From Anthoceros angustus (Eukaryota; Plantae; Anthocerotophyta), in assembly GCA_010909165.1 (NCBI GenBank), contig MU008164.1, positions 558,001 to 622,000 on the forward strand: a DNA stretch of 64,000 bases. The letters run 5' to 3'. The stretch's first letter is position 1. Each line of letters starts with the position of its first letter. This document shows, in pieces, positions 11,860 through 24,816 of this stretch. The position numbers and the translations under genes were made by a program. The notes beneath the pieces are model-generated. The model did not search any database and was not told the origin of the DNA. It saw only the letters and a program-made list of their open reading frames with translations.

Positions 11860-12960
11860 GAGGAGGATTGGGAGGGCACCCCGGATACCATTCGCTTGGA
11901 ATGGACCCCTTCCTCCCCAAGGGAAATTTGGGAAGAGATTCCCGCTTCCCTGTTGCTAGTGACGGCACCGGCAGAGCAGGCCCCAGCGGTTGTGTCGACA
12001 GGGCTAGAAGTCGCGTTGGTGGAGGCAGCTCCAGTGGTGACAAGGCCAACCCCGGGCGCCCTAGTAGAACCACGTCGAACCAGGACGGAGGGCCGGAAAA
12101 AGAAGGTGGCGTCCGAGGTGGCCGCCAAGACTACGGCACCGGTACCCCTACCGGTGAGCAAAGAGTGGGCGGAGGTAGAGCTGGCAGTCTGAGGAGCGGA
12201 GCGAGATGTAGCTCAAAGGGTAGGAGGACAGCAGCAACGCCAAGTGCTCTCCCAATCGGGAGAGGAAAAGCAGGCTAGCTCGAACTCGTCGCCCCACCGG
12301 ACCCCAAGCGTAGGAGGGCGGAAAAGGAGTTGGCCGCCAAAAGCGCCAAGGAAGTGGAGGGTACCGGTCTAGTGCAAGATGGGCAGGACCTAGGCCTCCT
12401 GATTGAGGCCGGAGCACCTGATCCAGACCAATTCCGCCGGGCGATCTGGCAATCTTTGGTAGGCCAGGAGATGCCCGTGTTGGGTTTGAAAGGAGTTCTC
12501 CTGCCACAGCAGTAGAGGAGGTTAGGCGAGTCCTGGCGTCAATGGCGGATGGCATGGTCTGGGGGCTCTGCCGAGCCTCTAAGAAAACGCAGGAGGTGGA
12601 GGCCACTAGGCGGCGCATGGTCGAACTCCAGGGCCAGATGGAAGCCGCCCAAGTTGCCAGGCGGAAGACAGAAAGCCTGGCCAGAATCGAGGAGGAAAAG
12701 CGCTGGACGGCAAAAAGGGAGGCTAAGTCCGCCCTACAAGATCGTGCCAGGGTCCTTCAGCTGTGAGAATAGCTGAAGTAAGCACAAGAGGCTCAAGCGC
12801 AGGTAAAGGCCTTGAGCCAAGAGCTAGGGAAGGCACAGCGCGCGATGGAGAAAGCACGGGCAACGGCGGAGGTCGCGAGGCAGGCAGCGGAGGAAGCCAA
12901 GAGGCAGCGGAGTCCGCTCGGCAAGAAGAATGACAAGCTCTGGAGTCCCAACTTAAAGAA
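11860..12960 (+). pseudogene. Degenerate accessory ORF (copy A of an inverted paralogous pair)
   Basis: PREIWEEIPASLLLV...RTRTEGRKKK...AAKSAKEV..GQDL..LI..GAPDPD...EVEATRRRMV...SLARIEEEK, paralogous to the minus-strand copy at 13030-14192. Confidence 0.65.
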
Positions 12961-13029
12961 GTAAGGGGCATGGAGACAAATGCAAGGACGGACCGGGAAC
13001 ACTACCGCATGGACCGGAACCATTAGAGG

Positions 13030-14192
13030 GAGGCGGTCGCTTCCATTTGCTAGCTCAGGTCCTCCGCTCGTGCCTGAGCCTCCTGGGCGTGCTTCAACGG
13101 TTCGCACAGCTGGAGCACCCGAGCCCTGTCTTGTTGGGCGGACCTTGCCTCCGTCTCCGTCATCCGGTGCTTCTCCTCCTCAATCCTAGCGAGGGATTCC
13201 CCTTCTTCCTGGCTGCCTGGGCTGCCTCCGTTTGACCTTGAAGTTTCACCATTCGTCTTCGGGTGGCCTCCACTTCCTGTGTCTTCTCTGTAGTTCCGTA
13301 GAGTCTCCACAACATGCCATCCATGACGGCCACCAAGACTCGCCATGTCTCCTCCACGGCCACCGCTGGCGATGCTCCCAAAAAAGGATGCAGGCATCTC
13401 CCGGTCCGTCAAGGACCGCCAGACCGCACTCCGGAGTGAGTCCGGGTTGGGTGCTCCGGACCCAATCAGGACCCTTAGGTCCTGTCCGTCCGGAGCAGGT
13501 CCGTTCACCTCCTTGGCCCGTTTCGCGGCCAATTCCTTCTCCGCTCTCCTTCGCTTTGGGTCCGGTGGGGGTGAAGGGGTCCCGGAGCTGGCTCTCTTCC
13601 CTCTCCTTGTAGGGGAGAGGACCGACTCCGGGTGAGGCTGCTGCCAGTGGCCTCCAACGCCCTGGGCAGCGTCCCCCTCTGCCCGTCGCACGGCCGCCTC
13701 TACCTCCGCCCCGCCGGGGGGCACACGCCGTCAGGCGGTGGAGTTGGGCGCTTGCTTCTTCTTCCGTGCCTCCGTCCTAGTCCGTTTGGGCTTGACGGGA
13801 GGGTCCGGAGCGGACCTTGTCACTGCTGGTGCTACTAGCACTTGCTCGATCCCCGTTGTCGCAGCCGCTGGGGACTGCTGCTCTGTTGGGGGCACCAGGA
13901 GAAGGGAAGCGAGGATTTCTTCCCAAACTTCCCTTGGAGGGGAGGGAGCATTTCAGGCGGATGGCATCTGGAATGCCCTCCCAGTCTTCCTCCTCCTGTG
14001 CGCGTCGTGTCTTGACCGGTCGGCTGTCGTGGTCCTGTGCTTCTCCTTCCCGCTCCCCCTCCGGTAGGGTGGCCAGCCCCCGTCGGAGGGCTCGTTCCTC
14101 TTCTTCTTCCTTCAGGAGATTGAGGTGTCCCCAGATATGCAAAATGAAAGGGGACAACGCCGAAGGGGGAGGCCGCTTGTTGCATAGCTTTC
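13030..14192 (-). pseudogene. Degenerate retrotransposon accessory ORF (copy B), 3' part; interrupted by the copia insertion
   Basis: Same motifs as copy A on the minus strand. Removing 14193-25919 rejoins ...DFGRIIFARIA*EARK|LCNKRPPPSALSPFILHIWGHL in one frame with ORF 25927-26178. Confidence 0.65.
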
Positions 14193-14443
14193 TGTAAGGG
14201 TATTAAAGCCCAATATACTTAGACTAATACACTTAGTCTAAGTTAGGTGTCAGTTAAGTATCATTAGCTTAGCTTAAGCTAATCACTAGGAAGCTTCTTG
14301 TGCTCCTTCCTCGGAGCTTCTTGTGGAGCTTCCTAGGAGCCTATTGGAGGTATAAATACCCTCCAAGCCTCATCTCAATGTGAGAGCTACTCTTGCCTCC
14401 TCCTCTCCTCTCCTCTTTCCACCGGCATGCCCACGATCCTTCA
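14193..14443 (+). repeat. Copia LTR 1
   Basis: TGTAAGGG...CCTTCA with an internal TATAAATA box. Confidence 0.9.
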
Positions 14444-14445
14444 AG

Positions 14446-14457
14446 CGGTATCGAGCC
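14446..14457 (+). promoter_or_regulatory. Primer-binding site (degenerate initiator tRNA-Met PBS)
   Basis: CGGTATCGAGCC versus canonical TGGTATCAGAGCC, 2 bp after the LTR end; repeated after LTR2 at ~19320. Confidence 0.75.
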
Positions 14458-14539
14458 ATGGTTTGGTTGTGTTGTGATGCTAGAATTTTCTAGGCTGCGG
14501 CGGCGGCTCGTGGAATTGCAGGTGATCCGGATCGCGGCG

Positions 14540-15060
14540 AGGCGGCGCGGGCGCGCGGGCGCGCGGGCGCGCGGGCGCGCGGGCGCGCGGGCGCGCGGGC
14601 GCGCGGGCGCGCGGGCGCGCGGGCGCGCGGGCGCGCGGGCGCGCGGCCGCGCGGCGCGGGCGCGCGGGCGCGCGGGCGCGCGGGCGCGGCGCCAGCGCGG
14701 GCGCGCGCGCGGCGAGCAGCGGAGCGCGCGGCCGCAGCCAGCGCGCGCGCCAGCCGCCCAGCGGGCCCAGCGCGCCGCCAGCATGAGCGAGCGCGCGCCG
14801 GCGCGCCCTTGAGCGCCGGCGCGGCCGCGCGGCCTTGGCGCCGGCGCGGCGCGAGCCCAGCGCGAGCCTTGGCCGCGGCCGCCCAGCGCGCGCCGCCAGC
14901 CGCGGCCGCCCAGCAGGCGCCGGCCGCGGGCGCGGCAGCGCGGCCGTGGCGCGGCGCGTGGCGTCTTGGGCAGCGGTGGCAGCGCGGCGGTGGCCGTCGG
15001 CGCGAGCCGCGGGCGCGGCGGCGGCGGGCGCGGCAGCGCGGCGCGGCCGCGGGGCGGTGG
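14540..15060. repeat. Almost pure G/C low-complexity tract in the copia 5' leader (unit 1)
   Basis: (GGGCGCGC)n and GCGGCCGC runs between the PBS and gag. Confidence 0.9.
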
Positions 15061-15187
15061 CGAGAAATTTGTCGAGCGATTCGGCGGATTACTCGGTGGA
15101 AGTCCGCAAAATACACGACCGTATGGTTTTCTTCTTTGACTTTTCTAACAAGGCGAGTTGAGTGTTTAATCAGACGATTTTTGAGTC

Positions 15188-18100
15188 ATGATGTCTTCAT
15201 CGTCGAGCGTCATGTTCAATATCGAGAAGTTAGATGGTACTAACTTCCCGTTCTGGAAAGAACAAGTGTATAATGTTCTAGTGCAGAAAAAGCAGATCAA
15301 GCCCATAAAGTTGTTAGGCGTCAAACCAGATAGTATGACTCAGGATGAGTGGCAGGACCTGGATGAGCTTGCTAGATCTACTATCATGCTAACATTGTCA
15401 AAAACAGTGTACTTCAATGTGAAAGATAAGACCACGAGTTACGGACTGTGGCAGAAGCTGTGTGACCTGTATGAGAAGCAAAGTGCGGCTTCTCAGGTGT
15501 ATTGGTTGAAACAGCTGGTGGACTTGAAGATGAAGGAAGGGACGAGGATGTCCGATCATCTGAATGATTTCAATACCATTTTCAGCCAGCTCTCATCTCA
15601 AGGTATCACGTTCCCAGTTAGTGAGAGCTATGTTTCATTGGTCACATTACGGAGGTTGGGATACCTTTAAATGCGACTCGAGTAATTACACGCTAGTGGT
15701 CTTACCATTGTAAATGTAGAAGGTAGCACATTGGCGAGGAGGTGAGCAGGAAAAACATGGAACCTTCCAAAGGTTCCGGTGCCCTCATAGTGAGAGGGAG
15801 GTCCACTGCGAAGGGAAGCAACGGACGGAAGCTTCTCTCGTAGCAAATCTCGTAGTCGTAACAAGAATGTGGAGTGTCACTATTGTCACAAAGGGTCACT
15901 TCAAAGAGAGTGCGAGAAGTTCAAAAGGACCAAGGAAAAGAAGAAGCGGGACGACAAGAAGGCGACTTAAATGCATCGTTGGAAGAGTTAAACTACTGTT
16001 GAGGACGGAGATGTCCTTATCTCTTCTTACTTGAATCTTGCACAATTAACCGTGGATAGTCATTTATTACGCAATTGGATAATTGACTCGGTGCATCTTT
16101 CCATGTTACTCCGCATAGAGTGGTTTAACACGTATGATGCTACAAGGAAAGGATGCGTTAGGCTTGGAAATAACTATGCATGCGGATCGCAGCGTGGGTG
16201 ATGTGCAACTCAAGTTTGACAACGGATCTTCATTCATCTTTGAAGGGCGTTAGGCATGTTCGAAGTTGACAAAGAGCATGATTAGCGCGGAGACGGTTGG
16301 ATGATCTTTGGTTACCTTCTTGGTTTGGGGATCACTCTTGGAAGATCTCCAAAGGTTCTCTTGTGTTAGCTCGTGGATCGAAGTGTGGCACTTTGTACTC
16401 ACTTCAGGTAAACACTGTCAAAGATCATGTGATCTGTGTGACAGAGCAGCCAAATGTTTCCTTGTGGCATTGCCGGTTAGGACATATGTCTCAGAAGGGA
16501 ATGAAGGTTTTATCTCGTTCTGGTTATATCCCTGTTCTTAACTTCTCTGATCTCTCGATGTGTGAGCACTGTTTATATGGGAAACAGACAAAATCATCAC
16601 ATCGAACACGAGGTAAAAGTAGAAGTAAACCTCTTGAGTTGGTTCACAGCGATGTATGTGGACCTATGCCTACTGCATCATTAGGCGGTGCCTCTTATTT
16701 TGTCACTTTCATAGATGATTTCTCACGCAAGGTGTGGGTTTATCCTTTGAGGAAAAAGGATGAAGTTCTGACGGTGTTTCAGAAATTTGTCACCCTTGTA
16801 GAGAATCAGTCTGGCCACCGATTGAAGTGTCTAAGGACAGATAATGGTGGCGAGTATGTTTCAGCTTTCGGTCATTACGTGATTCCAAGGAATCAAAAGA
16901 GAATTATTGTAGTATACTCCTCCACAAAATGGTGTGGTGGCGGATGAGCAGAACCATTCGAGAGGATGCGTAGTTTGTTGTCAAACTCGGATTGCCTAAT
17001 GGGTTTTGGCGAGCGGTGTCTGCAGTTCATCTTATTAAGATCTCCTAATAAAATTGATGAGCGAGTTCGGAGGAGCTATGGTGCGGAAAGAAACCATCCT
17101 ACAAGCATCTGCGAGTGTTTGGGTGTGAGGCATCTTGCCATGTTCCAAAAGAGTTTCGGGACAAGTTGGCACCTAAGTCCAAGAAATGTATTTTTCTTGG
17201 CTATGGTGATTCGGTGAGATGGGATACCGTTTGTGGGATCCGAGGCTAGAAAGGTTGTTCGTACTAACGTGTTCTTCAATGAGAACAAGATGCAGGAAGC
17301 CTACTCCAAGCGTGGAGGTGCGAAGGGTGATCTTCCAAGAAGATGGACATGATCATCATGGGCGGGTTGAAGTGGTAATGTGCGAGCACATTCCTCCACC
17401 GATAGATGAACCAAGAGTCGAACAAGCTCCTATAGAGGTGCACATGCCGTGGTCGAGGCAGATTACACGACCTCGGCGGTATGATCCATCTCTGGATTAT
17501 GTTATGCTGACAGATTGTGGGGAACCCTCTTCTTACAAAGAGGCTCTGTCAACGAGTAACAAAGACAAGTGGGAGAAGGCCATGCAGTCAGAAATGAATT
17601 CGCTGCATAAGAACCAAACTTGGGAGTTGGTTCCGTTGCCTAAGGATAAGAAGGCACTACCGTGCAAATGGGTGTACAAGATGAAGGTCATACCGCTTGA
17701 TGGCAAACCAAAGTACAAGGCCCGATTGGTTGCTAAGGGTTTCAAGCAACAACGGGCATTGACTTTGATGAGATTTTCTCACCGAGTCAAAATGACAACT
17801 TTGCGATGTGTTCTTGCTTTGGTTGCGAGGATGATATGGAACTTGCGGATGGATGTCAAGGCGGCATTCTTGCATGGTGACCTTCAAGAGGGCGTCTACA
17901 TGCGACAACGGAAGGTTTTGTTGAGAAGGGCAAAGAGCATCGGTGCGAGGTTGAGGAAGAGCCTTTATGGTTTGAAGCAGGCACCAGTGGTATCACAAGT
18001 TCCACTCATTTATGCTTTCTCAAGGCTACAAAGCGTGGCGATGAGGATCATTGCCTCTATCTGAAACAAGCTAAGGATCAAAGCTTGCTCATTTTGATCC

Positions 18101-19029
18101 TCTATGTGGATGATATGCTAATTCTTTGGAGCGATCTTGATGAGATTTCGTTGAAGTCAAAGTTGAATGCTCACTTTGAAATACAGACTTGGGAGGCGAG
18201 CCATATACTTGGCATGCGTATTCGTCGCAGACATAAGCGTCGCTTTATTTGTCTCGACGGAATACATTAACAGGGTGCTTCAACATTTCAACATGGAGAA
18301 GGGGAAGCCATTGGGTACTCCATTGCCTCCATATGTGAAACTTTCAAGCGCGGATTGCCCAAGCTCTGAGGAGGACAAAGCCGAAATGGAGGAGGTCCCA
18401 TACTCATCAGTTGTAGGGAGTTTGATGTATGCAATGATTGCTACACGTCCTGACATTGTCTTTGCAGTGGGAGTGGTTAGCAGGTTTATGTCAAACCCTG
18501 GCAAGAAGCATTGGGAGGCAGTAAAAGGAGTTATGAAGTATCTGAATGGTACAAAAGCTTTGTGCATATGTTTTGGTAGTGAAGATGCATGTGTGGTTGG
18601 GTACAGATCGATTATCGAGGATATGGACAAAGGAGGTCCACATCAGTTATGTCTTCACGTGCCTTTGGAGGCGATCTCATGGCGATCTCGTTTGCGATCG
18701 TGCATTACGCTATCTACCACAGAGGCCGAGTATGTTGCAAAGAATCGAGGCTTGCAAGGAAGCCATATGGCTTGCTCGTTTAGTGGGAGACTTGGGGATC
18801 AAGGTTGAGTGCCGGTGTTGCATTGTGATAGCAGTGCTATCCAATTGGCAAAGAATCCGATGTTTCATGCGAAGACTAAACATGTGGATGTGAAGTATCA
18901 CTTCATTCGAGAGGTGTTGGACGACAAGAGGGTACAACTTGTCAAGGTTCACAGGCGAACCTAGATATTCTTACCAAGGGACTCTCTACGAGCAATTTGC
19001 ACAAGCTCGGACAGATGGGCATGAGATAG
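15188..19029 (+). pseudogene. Copia gag-pol polyprotein, unit 1 (frameshifted as assembled)
   Basis: IEKLDGTNFPFWK (gag), CHYCHK knuckle, WIIDS(G)ASFHV protease, LWHCRLGH and LVHSDVCGP...RTDNGGEY integrase, [21 protein letters not shown] reverse transcriptase, STTEAEY and HAKTKHVDVKYHF RNase H. Confidence 0.92.
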
Positions 19030-19071
19030 TCCATTCTCCTCTGAAGGTAAATTGGCCTTTAAGTGGGAGGT

Positions 19072-19317
19072 TGTAAGGGTATTAAAGCCCAATGTACTTA
19101 GACTAATACACTTAGTCTAAGTTAGGTGTCGATTAAGTATCATTAGCTTAAGCTAATCACTAGGAAGCTTCTTGTGCTCCTTCCTAGGAGCTTCTTGTGG
19201 AGCTTCCTAGGAGCCTATTGGAGGTATAAATACCCTCCAAGCCTCATCTCAATGTGAGAGCTACTCTTGCCTCCTCCTCTCCTCTCCTCTTTCCACCGGC
19301 ATGCCCACGATCCTTCA
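19072..19317 (+). repeat. Copia LTR 2 (shared central LTR)
   Basis: Near-identical to LTR1; preceded by the PPT and followed by the PBS. Confidence 0.9.
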
Positions 19318-19399
19318 AGCGGTATCGAGCCATGGTTTGGTTGTGTTGTGATGCTAGAATTTTCTAGGCTGCGGGCGGCAGGCTCGTGGAATTGGTGAT

Positions 19400-19925
19400 C
19401 GGCGCCCGGCCGCGAGCGCGCGGGCCGGCGGCGCGCGGGCGCGCGGGCGCGCGGGCGCGCGGGCGCGCGGGCGCGCGGGCGCGCGGCCGCGCGGCGCGGG
19501 CGCGCGGGCGCGCGGGCGCGCGGGCGCGGCGCGGCCGCGCGGCGCGGCCGCGCGGCGCGGCCGCGCGGCGCGGCCGCGCGGCGCGGGCGCGCGGGCGCGC
19601 GGGCGCGCGGGCGCGCGGCCGCGCGGCGCGGCCGCGCGGCGCGGCCGCGGGCGCGGCGCGGCGCGGCGCCCGGCCGCGAGCGCGGCGCGCGGGCGCGCGG
19701 GCGCGCGGCCGCGCGGCGCGGCCGCGCGGCGCGGCCGCGCGGCGCGGCCGCGCGGCGCGGCCGCGCGGCGCGGCCGCGGGCGCGGCGGCGCGCGGCGCGG
19801 CCGCGCGGCGCGGCCGCGCGGCGCGGCCGCGCGGCGCGGGCGCGCGGGCGCGCGGGCGCGCGGGCGCGCGGGCGCGCGGGCGCGCGGGCGCGCGGGCGCG
19901 CGGGCGCGCGGGCGCGGCGCGGCGG
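19400..19925. repeat. Almost pure G/C tract in the copia 5' leader (unit 2)
   Basis: About 520 bp of GGGCGCGC/GGCGCGGCCGCGC runs with only about two A and no T. Confidence 0.9.
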
Positions 19926-21835
19926 TGGCGAGAAAATTTGTCGAGCGATTCGGCGGATTACTCGTGGAATAGTCAGCGGCAAAATACACGACCGTATGGT
20001 GCTTTCTTCTTTGACTTTTCTAACAAGGCGAGTTGAGTGTTTAATCTATCGATTTTTGAGTCATGATGTCTTCATCGTAAAGCGTCATGTTCAATATCGA
20101 GAAGTTAGATGGTACTAACTTCCGTTGGAAAGAACAAGTGTATAATGTTCTAGTGCGGATCAAGCCCATAAAGTTGTTAGGCGTCAAACCGGATAGTATG
20201 ACACGGGATGAGTGGCGGGACTGGATGAGCTTGCTAGATCTACTATCATGCTAACATTGTCAAAAGCAGTGTACTTCAATGTGAAAGATAAGACCACGAG
20301 TTACTGATGGCGGTATGTGACTGTATGAGAAGCAAAGTGCGGCTTCTCGGTGTATTGGTTGAAACAATGGTGGACTTGAAGATGAAGGAAGGGACGAGGA
20401 TGTCCGATCATCGAATGATTTCAATACCATTTTCAGCCAGCTCTCATCTCAAGGTATCACGTTCCCAGTTAGTGAGAGCTATGTTTCATTGGTCACATTA
20501 CGAGTTGGGATACCTTTAAATGCGACTCGAGTAATTGCTAGTGGTCTTACCATTGTAAATGTAGAAGGTAGCTGATGGCGAGGAGGTGAGCAGGAAAAAC
20601 ATGGAACCTTCCAAAGGTTCCGGTGCCCTCATAGTGAGAGGGAGGTCCGCTGCGAAGGGAAGCAACGGACGGAAGCTTCTCTCGTAGCAAATCTCGTAAC
20701 AAGAATGTGGAGTGTCACTATTGTCACAAAGGGTCACTTCAAAGAGAGTGCGAGAAGTTCAAAAGGACCAAGGAAAAGAAGAAGCGGGACGACAAGAAGG
20801 CGACTTCATCGAGTTGGAAGAGTTAAACTCGTTGAGGACGGAGATGTCCTTATCTCTTCTTACTTGAATGCCGCACAATTAACCCGTGGATAGTCATTTA
20901 TTACGCAATTGGATAATTGACTCGGTGCATCTTTCCATGTTACTCGCATAGAGAGTGGTTTAACACGTATGATGCTACAAGGAAAGGATGCGTTAGGCTT
21001 GGAAATAACTATGCATGCGGATCGCGGTAGGTGATGTGCAACTCAAGTTTGACAACGGATCTTCATTCATCTGAAGGGCGTTAGGCATGTTCGAAGTTGA
21101 CAAAGAGCATGATTAGCGCGGAGACGGTTGGATGATCTTTGGTTACCACTGGTTTGGGGATCACTCTTGGAAGATCTCCAAAGGTTCTCTTGTGTTAGCT
21201 CGTGGATCGAGTGTGGCACTTTGTACTCACTTGAGTAAACACAAAGATCATGTGATGTGGCCAAATGTTTCCTTGTGGCATTGCGGTTAGGACATATGTC
21301 TCGAGAAGGGAATGAAGGTTTTATCTCGTTACGGTTATATCCGTTAACTTCTCGATCTCTCGATGTGAGCCTTTGTTTATATGGGAAGCAGACAAAATCA
21401 TCACATCGAACACGAGGTAAAAGTAGAAGTAAACCTCTTGAGTTGGTTCGCGATGTATGTGGACCTATGCCCTCTGCATCATTAGGCGGTGCCTCTATTT
21501 TCACTTTCATAGATGATTTCTCACGCAAGGTGTGGGTTTATCCTTTGAGGAAAAAGGATGAAGTTCGGCGGTGTTTGAAATTTGTCACCCTTGTAGAGAA
21601 TCGATCGCCGATTGAAGTGTCTAAGGGCGGATAATGGTGGCGAGTATGTTTCAGCTTTCGGTCGTGATTCCAAGGGAATCAAAAGAGAATTGACGTATCT
21701 CCTCCACAAAATGGTGTGGTGGCGGATGAATGTAACCATTCGAGGAGAGGATCGTGGTTTGTTGTCAAACTCGGATTGCCTAATGGGTTTTGGCGAGCGG
21801 TGTCTGCATTCATCTTATTAAGATCTCCTAATAAA

Positions 21836-23172
21836 ATTTGATGAGCAATGAAAAATGGCCTGTCGGATGCTCAACCACAAGTCGGCAGCGGCAAGTGCAC
21901 AACACATGGTTAGGCCTCATAGCAATAAAATTTTAGAAAACAATTCTTTTGTCAACACCCTCCTGAGGTACAATAACGAGGAATGAGAAGTGGGTAGGCT
22001 TCTCACCGCCCATTAGCATTCATACATACGAATCCGCGCACAAGAGAAAGGAGTTTGGCCCAAGGGCCATGCCCTATTGCATTGGAAGGCCCTCGCCTCT
22101 GATTGAGAACTCTCTTGTAGTCCTCGGCGGCTCATCGCAGGACTCATTAATTTGCAGCTCACAGAGCCCTATGTTCTAGTTTATAGCGAATGCATACTCT
22201 TAGCTACCTAGCCATGGGCCCAAACTTTGTAGAAGGTAGGGCCAGCCTTATATAATTTTCTTAGAAATCCCCAACTCGACATTAGGAATAGTTTCTTAAA
22301 CCTTATCATATAATTAAATAATAAAAAACTTTCTGAATCTCTAAAACCGAATAGAAGGAATAAACGTTATAATATAAAATAATAAAAATAATCCTCAAAT
22401 AATGATCTCCTTATGGACCTATAAAGGATCCTTTCAATACTGCGCCCTTATCACCGCACTAGAGTACCTTGGTAATAAACTGTGCTGTTGCTCAACAATT
22501 TGTGGCATTCAATTTGGAGACTCGGTTCATTTCTTCACTGGGCAGGAGATAAGGATTAGGATCTTGTGGGCCCGTAGCCCTGGTTGCCCATAGGCTGGTA
22601 ACGTATTCTCGGTCACGTTGAGTGCTCAGTCTCCCTACTCCCTCTTTCTCCAAATCAATCCTCTGCTGGCCAGCGTTTCCATCCACTCTAGCTGCTCTCT
22701 CATCCTGCCCGTGCTTCGCCTGCGATTTCTCGGTGGCTATGGCGCAGGCAGTGGCATCCATGGCGGGACTGTCGCCGGCCGTTCTGGAAGGGAGCCTGGT
22801 GGTGAGCAGCGCCAGCCAGCTCAGCAGCAGCGCCAGCAGCAGCAGCCGAGTCGCTCTGAGACGGGAGCCGTGGTTGCCGTGCGCACAGCGCAGTGAGAGT
22901 CGGAATCGCAGAGCAGACGGTCCATGCTCGGCCTGCTCGCGGCTTCTGTGGCGGCTGGAGCCTTGGCTTCCTCTGCGCGTGCGGAGCCCGCTCCTCCAGA
23001 ACTCAAGCCGCCTCCTCCCTCTTCGGCGGCCTGCGTGAGTTCCCTCATTTCACCAGAATGCGGCACATTTGCTTGCTTCTTGACAAGGAAGCTGAGGAAA
23101 ATGCAGGACTTCTTGCAATGTCGAGACTCTGTGGAGCAGAGGACCTTGCAGTGAAGGAATCTTGCGGAAAGA
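21836..23172 (+). pseudogene. psbQ: Partial copy of the psbQ locus (upstream region, exon 1, part of intron 1) inside copia unit 2
   Basis: Matches 28128-29517; ATG at 22739; frameshifted exon 1; ends inside the intron. Confidence 0.88.
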
Positions 23173-24816
23173 AACCATCCTACAAGCATCTGAGTGTTTG
23201 TGAGGCATCTTGCCATGTTCCAAAAGAGTTTCGGGACAAGTTGGCACCTAAGTCCAAGAAATGTATTTTTCTTGGCTATGGTGATTCGGTGAGATGGGAT
23301 ACCGTTTGTGGGATCCGAGGCTAGAAAGGTTGTTCGTACTAACGGCGTGTTCTTCAATGAGAACAAGATGCAGGAAGCCTACTCCAAGCGTGGAGGTGCG
23401 AAGGGTGATCTTCCAAGAAGATGGACATGATCATCATGGCGGGTTGAAGTGGTAATGTGCGAGCACATTCCTCCACCGATAGATGAACCAAGAGTCGAAC
23501 AAGCTCCTATAGAGGTGCTGCCGTGTCGAGGCGGGATTACACGACCTCGGCGGTATGATCCATCTTTGGATTATATGTCTTGTGATTGGGGAACCCTCTT
23601 CTTACAAAGAGGCTCATGTCACGAGTAACAAAGACAAGTGGGAGAAGGCCATGCGATCGAAATGAATTTAAGAACCAAACTTGGGAGTTGGTTCTGTTTA
23701 GGATAAGAAGGCACTGCAAATGGGTGTACAAGATGAAGGTCATACCTTGATGGCAAACCAAAGTACAAGGCCCGATTGGTTGCTAAGGGTTTCAAGCAAC
23801 TGGCATTGACTTTGATGAGATTTTCTCACCGGTAGTCAAAATGACAACTTTGCGATGTGTTCTTGCTTTGGTTGCGAGGATGATATGGAACTTGCGGATG
23901 GATGTCAAGGCGGCATTCTTGCATGGTGACCTTCAAGAGGCGTCTACATGCAACGAAGGTTTTGTTGAGAAGGGCAAAGAGCATCCGTGCAGTTGAGGAA
24001 GAGCCTTTATGGTTTGAAGCAGGCACCCAGTGGTATCACAAGTTCCACTCATTTATGCTTTCTCAAGGCTACAAAGCGATGAGGATCATTGCCTCTATAC
24101 GAAGCTAAGGATCAAAGCTTGCTCATTTTGATCCTCTATGTGGATGATATGCTAATTAGATCTTGATGAGATTTGTTGAAGTCAAAGTTGAATGCTCACT
24201 TTGAAATGACAGACTTGGGAGGCGAGCCATATACTTGGCATGCGTATTCGTCGGAGCAGACATAAGCGTGCTTTATTTGTCTCGACGGAATACATTAGGT
24301 GCTTCAACGTTTCAACATGGAGAAGGGAAGCCATTGGGTACTCCATTGCCTCCATATGTGAAACTTTCAAGCGGATTGCCCAAGCTCGAGGAGGACAAAG
24401 CTGAAATGGAGAAGGTCCCATACTCATCAAGGGAGTTTGATGTATGCAATGATTGCTACGTCCGACATTGCCTTTGCGGTGGGAGTGGTTAGCGGGTTTA
24501 TGTCAAACCACGGCAAGAAGCATTGGGAGGCGATAAAAGGAGTTATGAGGTATCCGAATGGTACAAAAGCTTTGTGCATATGTTTTGGTAGTGAAGATGC
24601 ATGTGTGGTTACTACAGATCGATTATCGAGGATATGGACAAAGGAGGTCCACATCAGTTATGTCTTCACGTGCCTTTGGAGGGGCGATCTCATGGCGATC
24701 TCGTTTGCGATCGTGCATTACGCTATCTACCACAGAGGCCGAGTATGTTGCAAAGAATCGAGGCTTGCAAGGAAGCCATATGGCTTGCTCGTTTAGTGGG
24801 AGACTTGGGGATCAAG

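Noticed and set aside
14341-20036. Arg/Ala/Pro/Gly-rich ORFs (e.g. 14490-15116, 19215-19982, 19386-20036)
   Set aside because: By-products of stop-free GC-only tracts.
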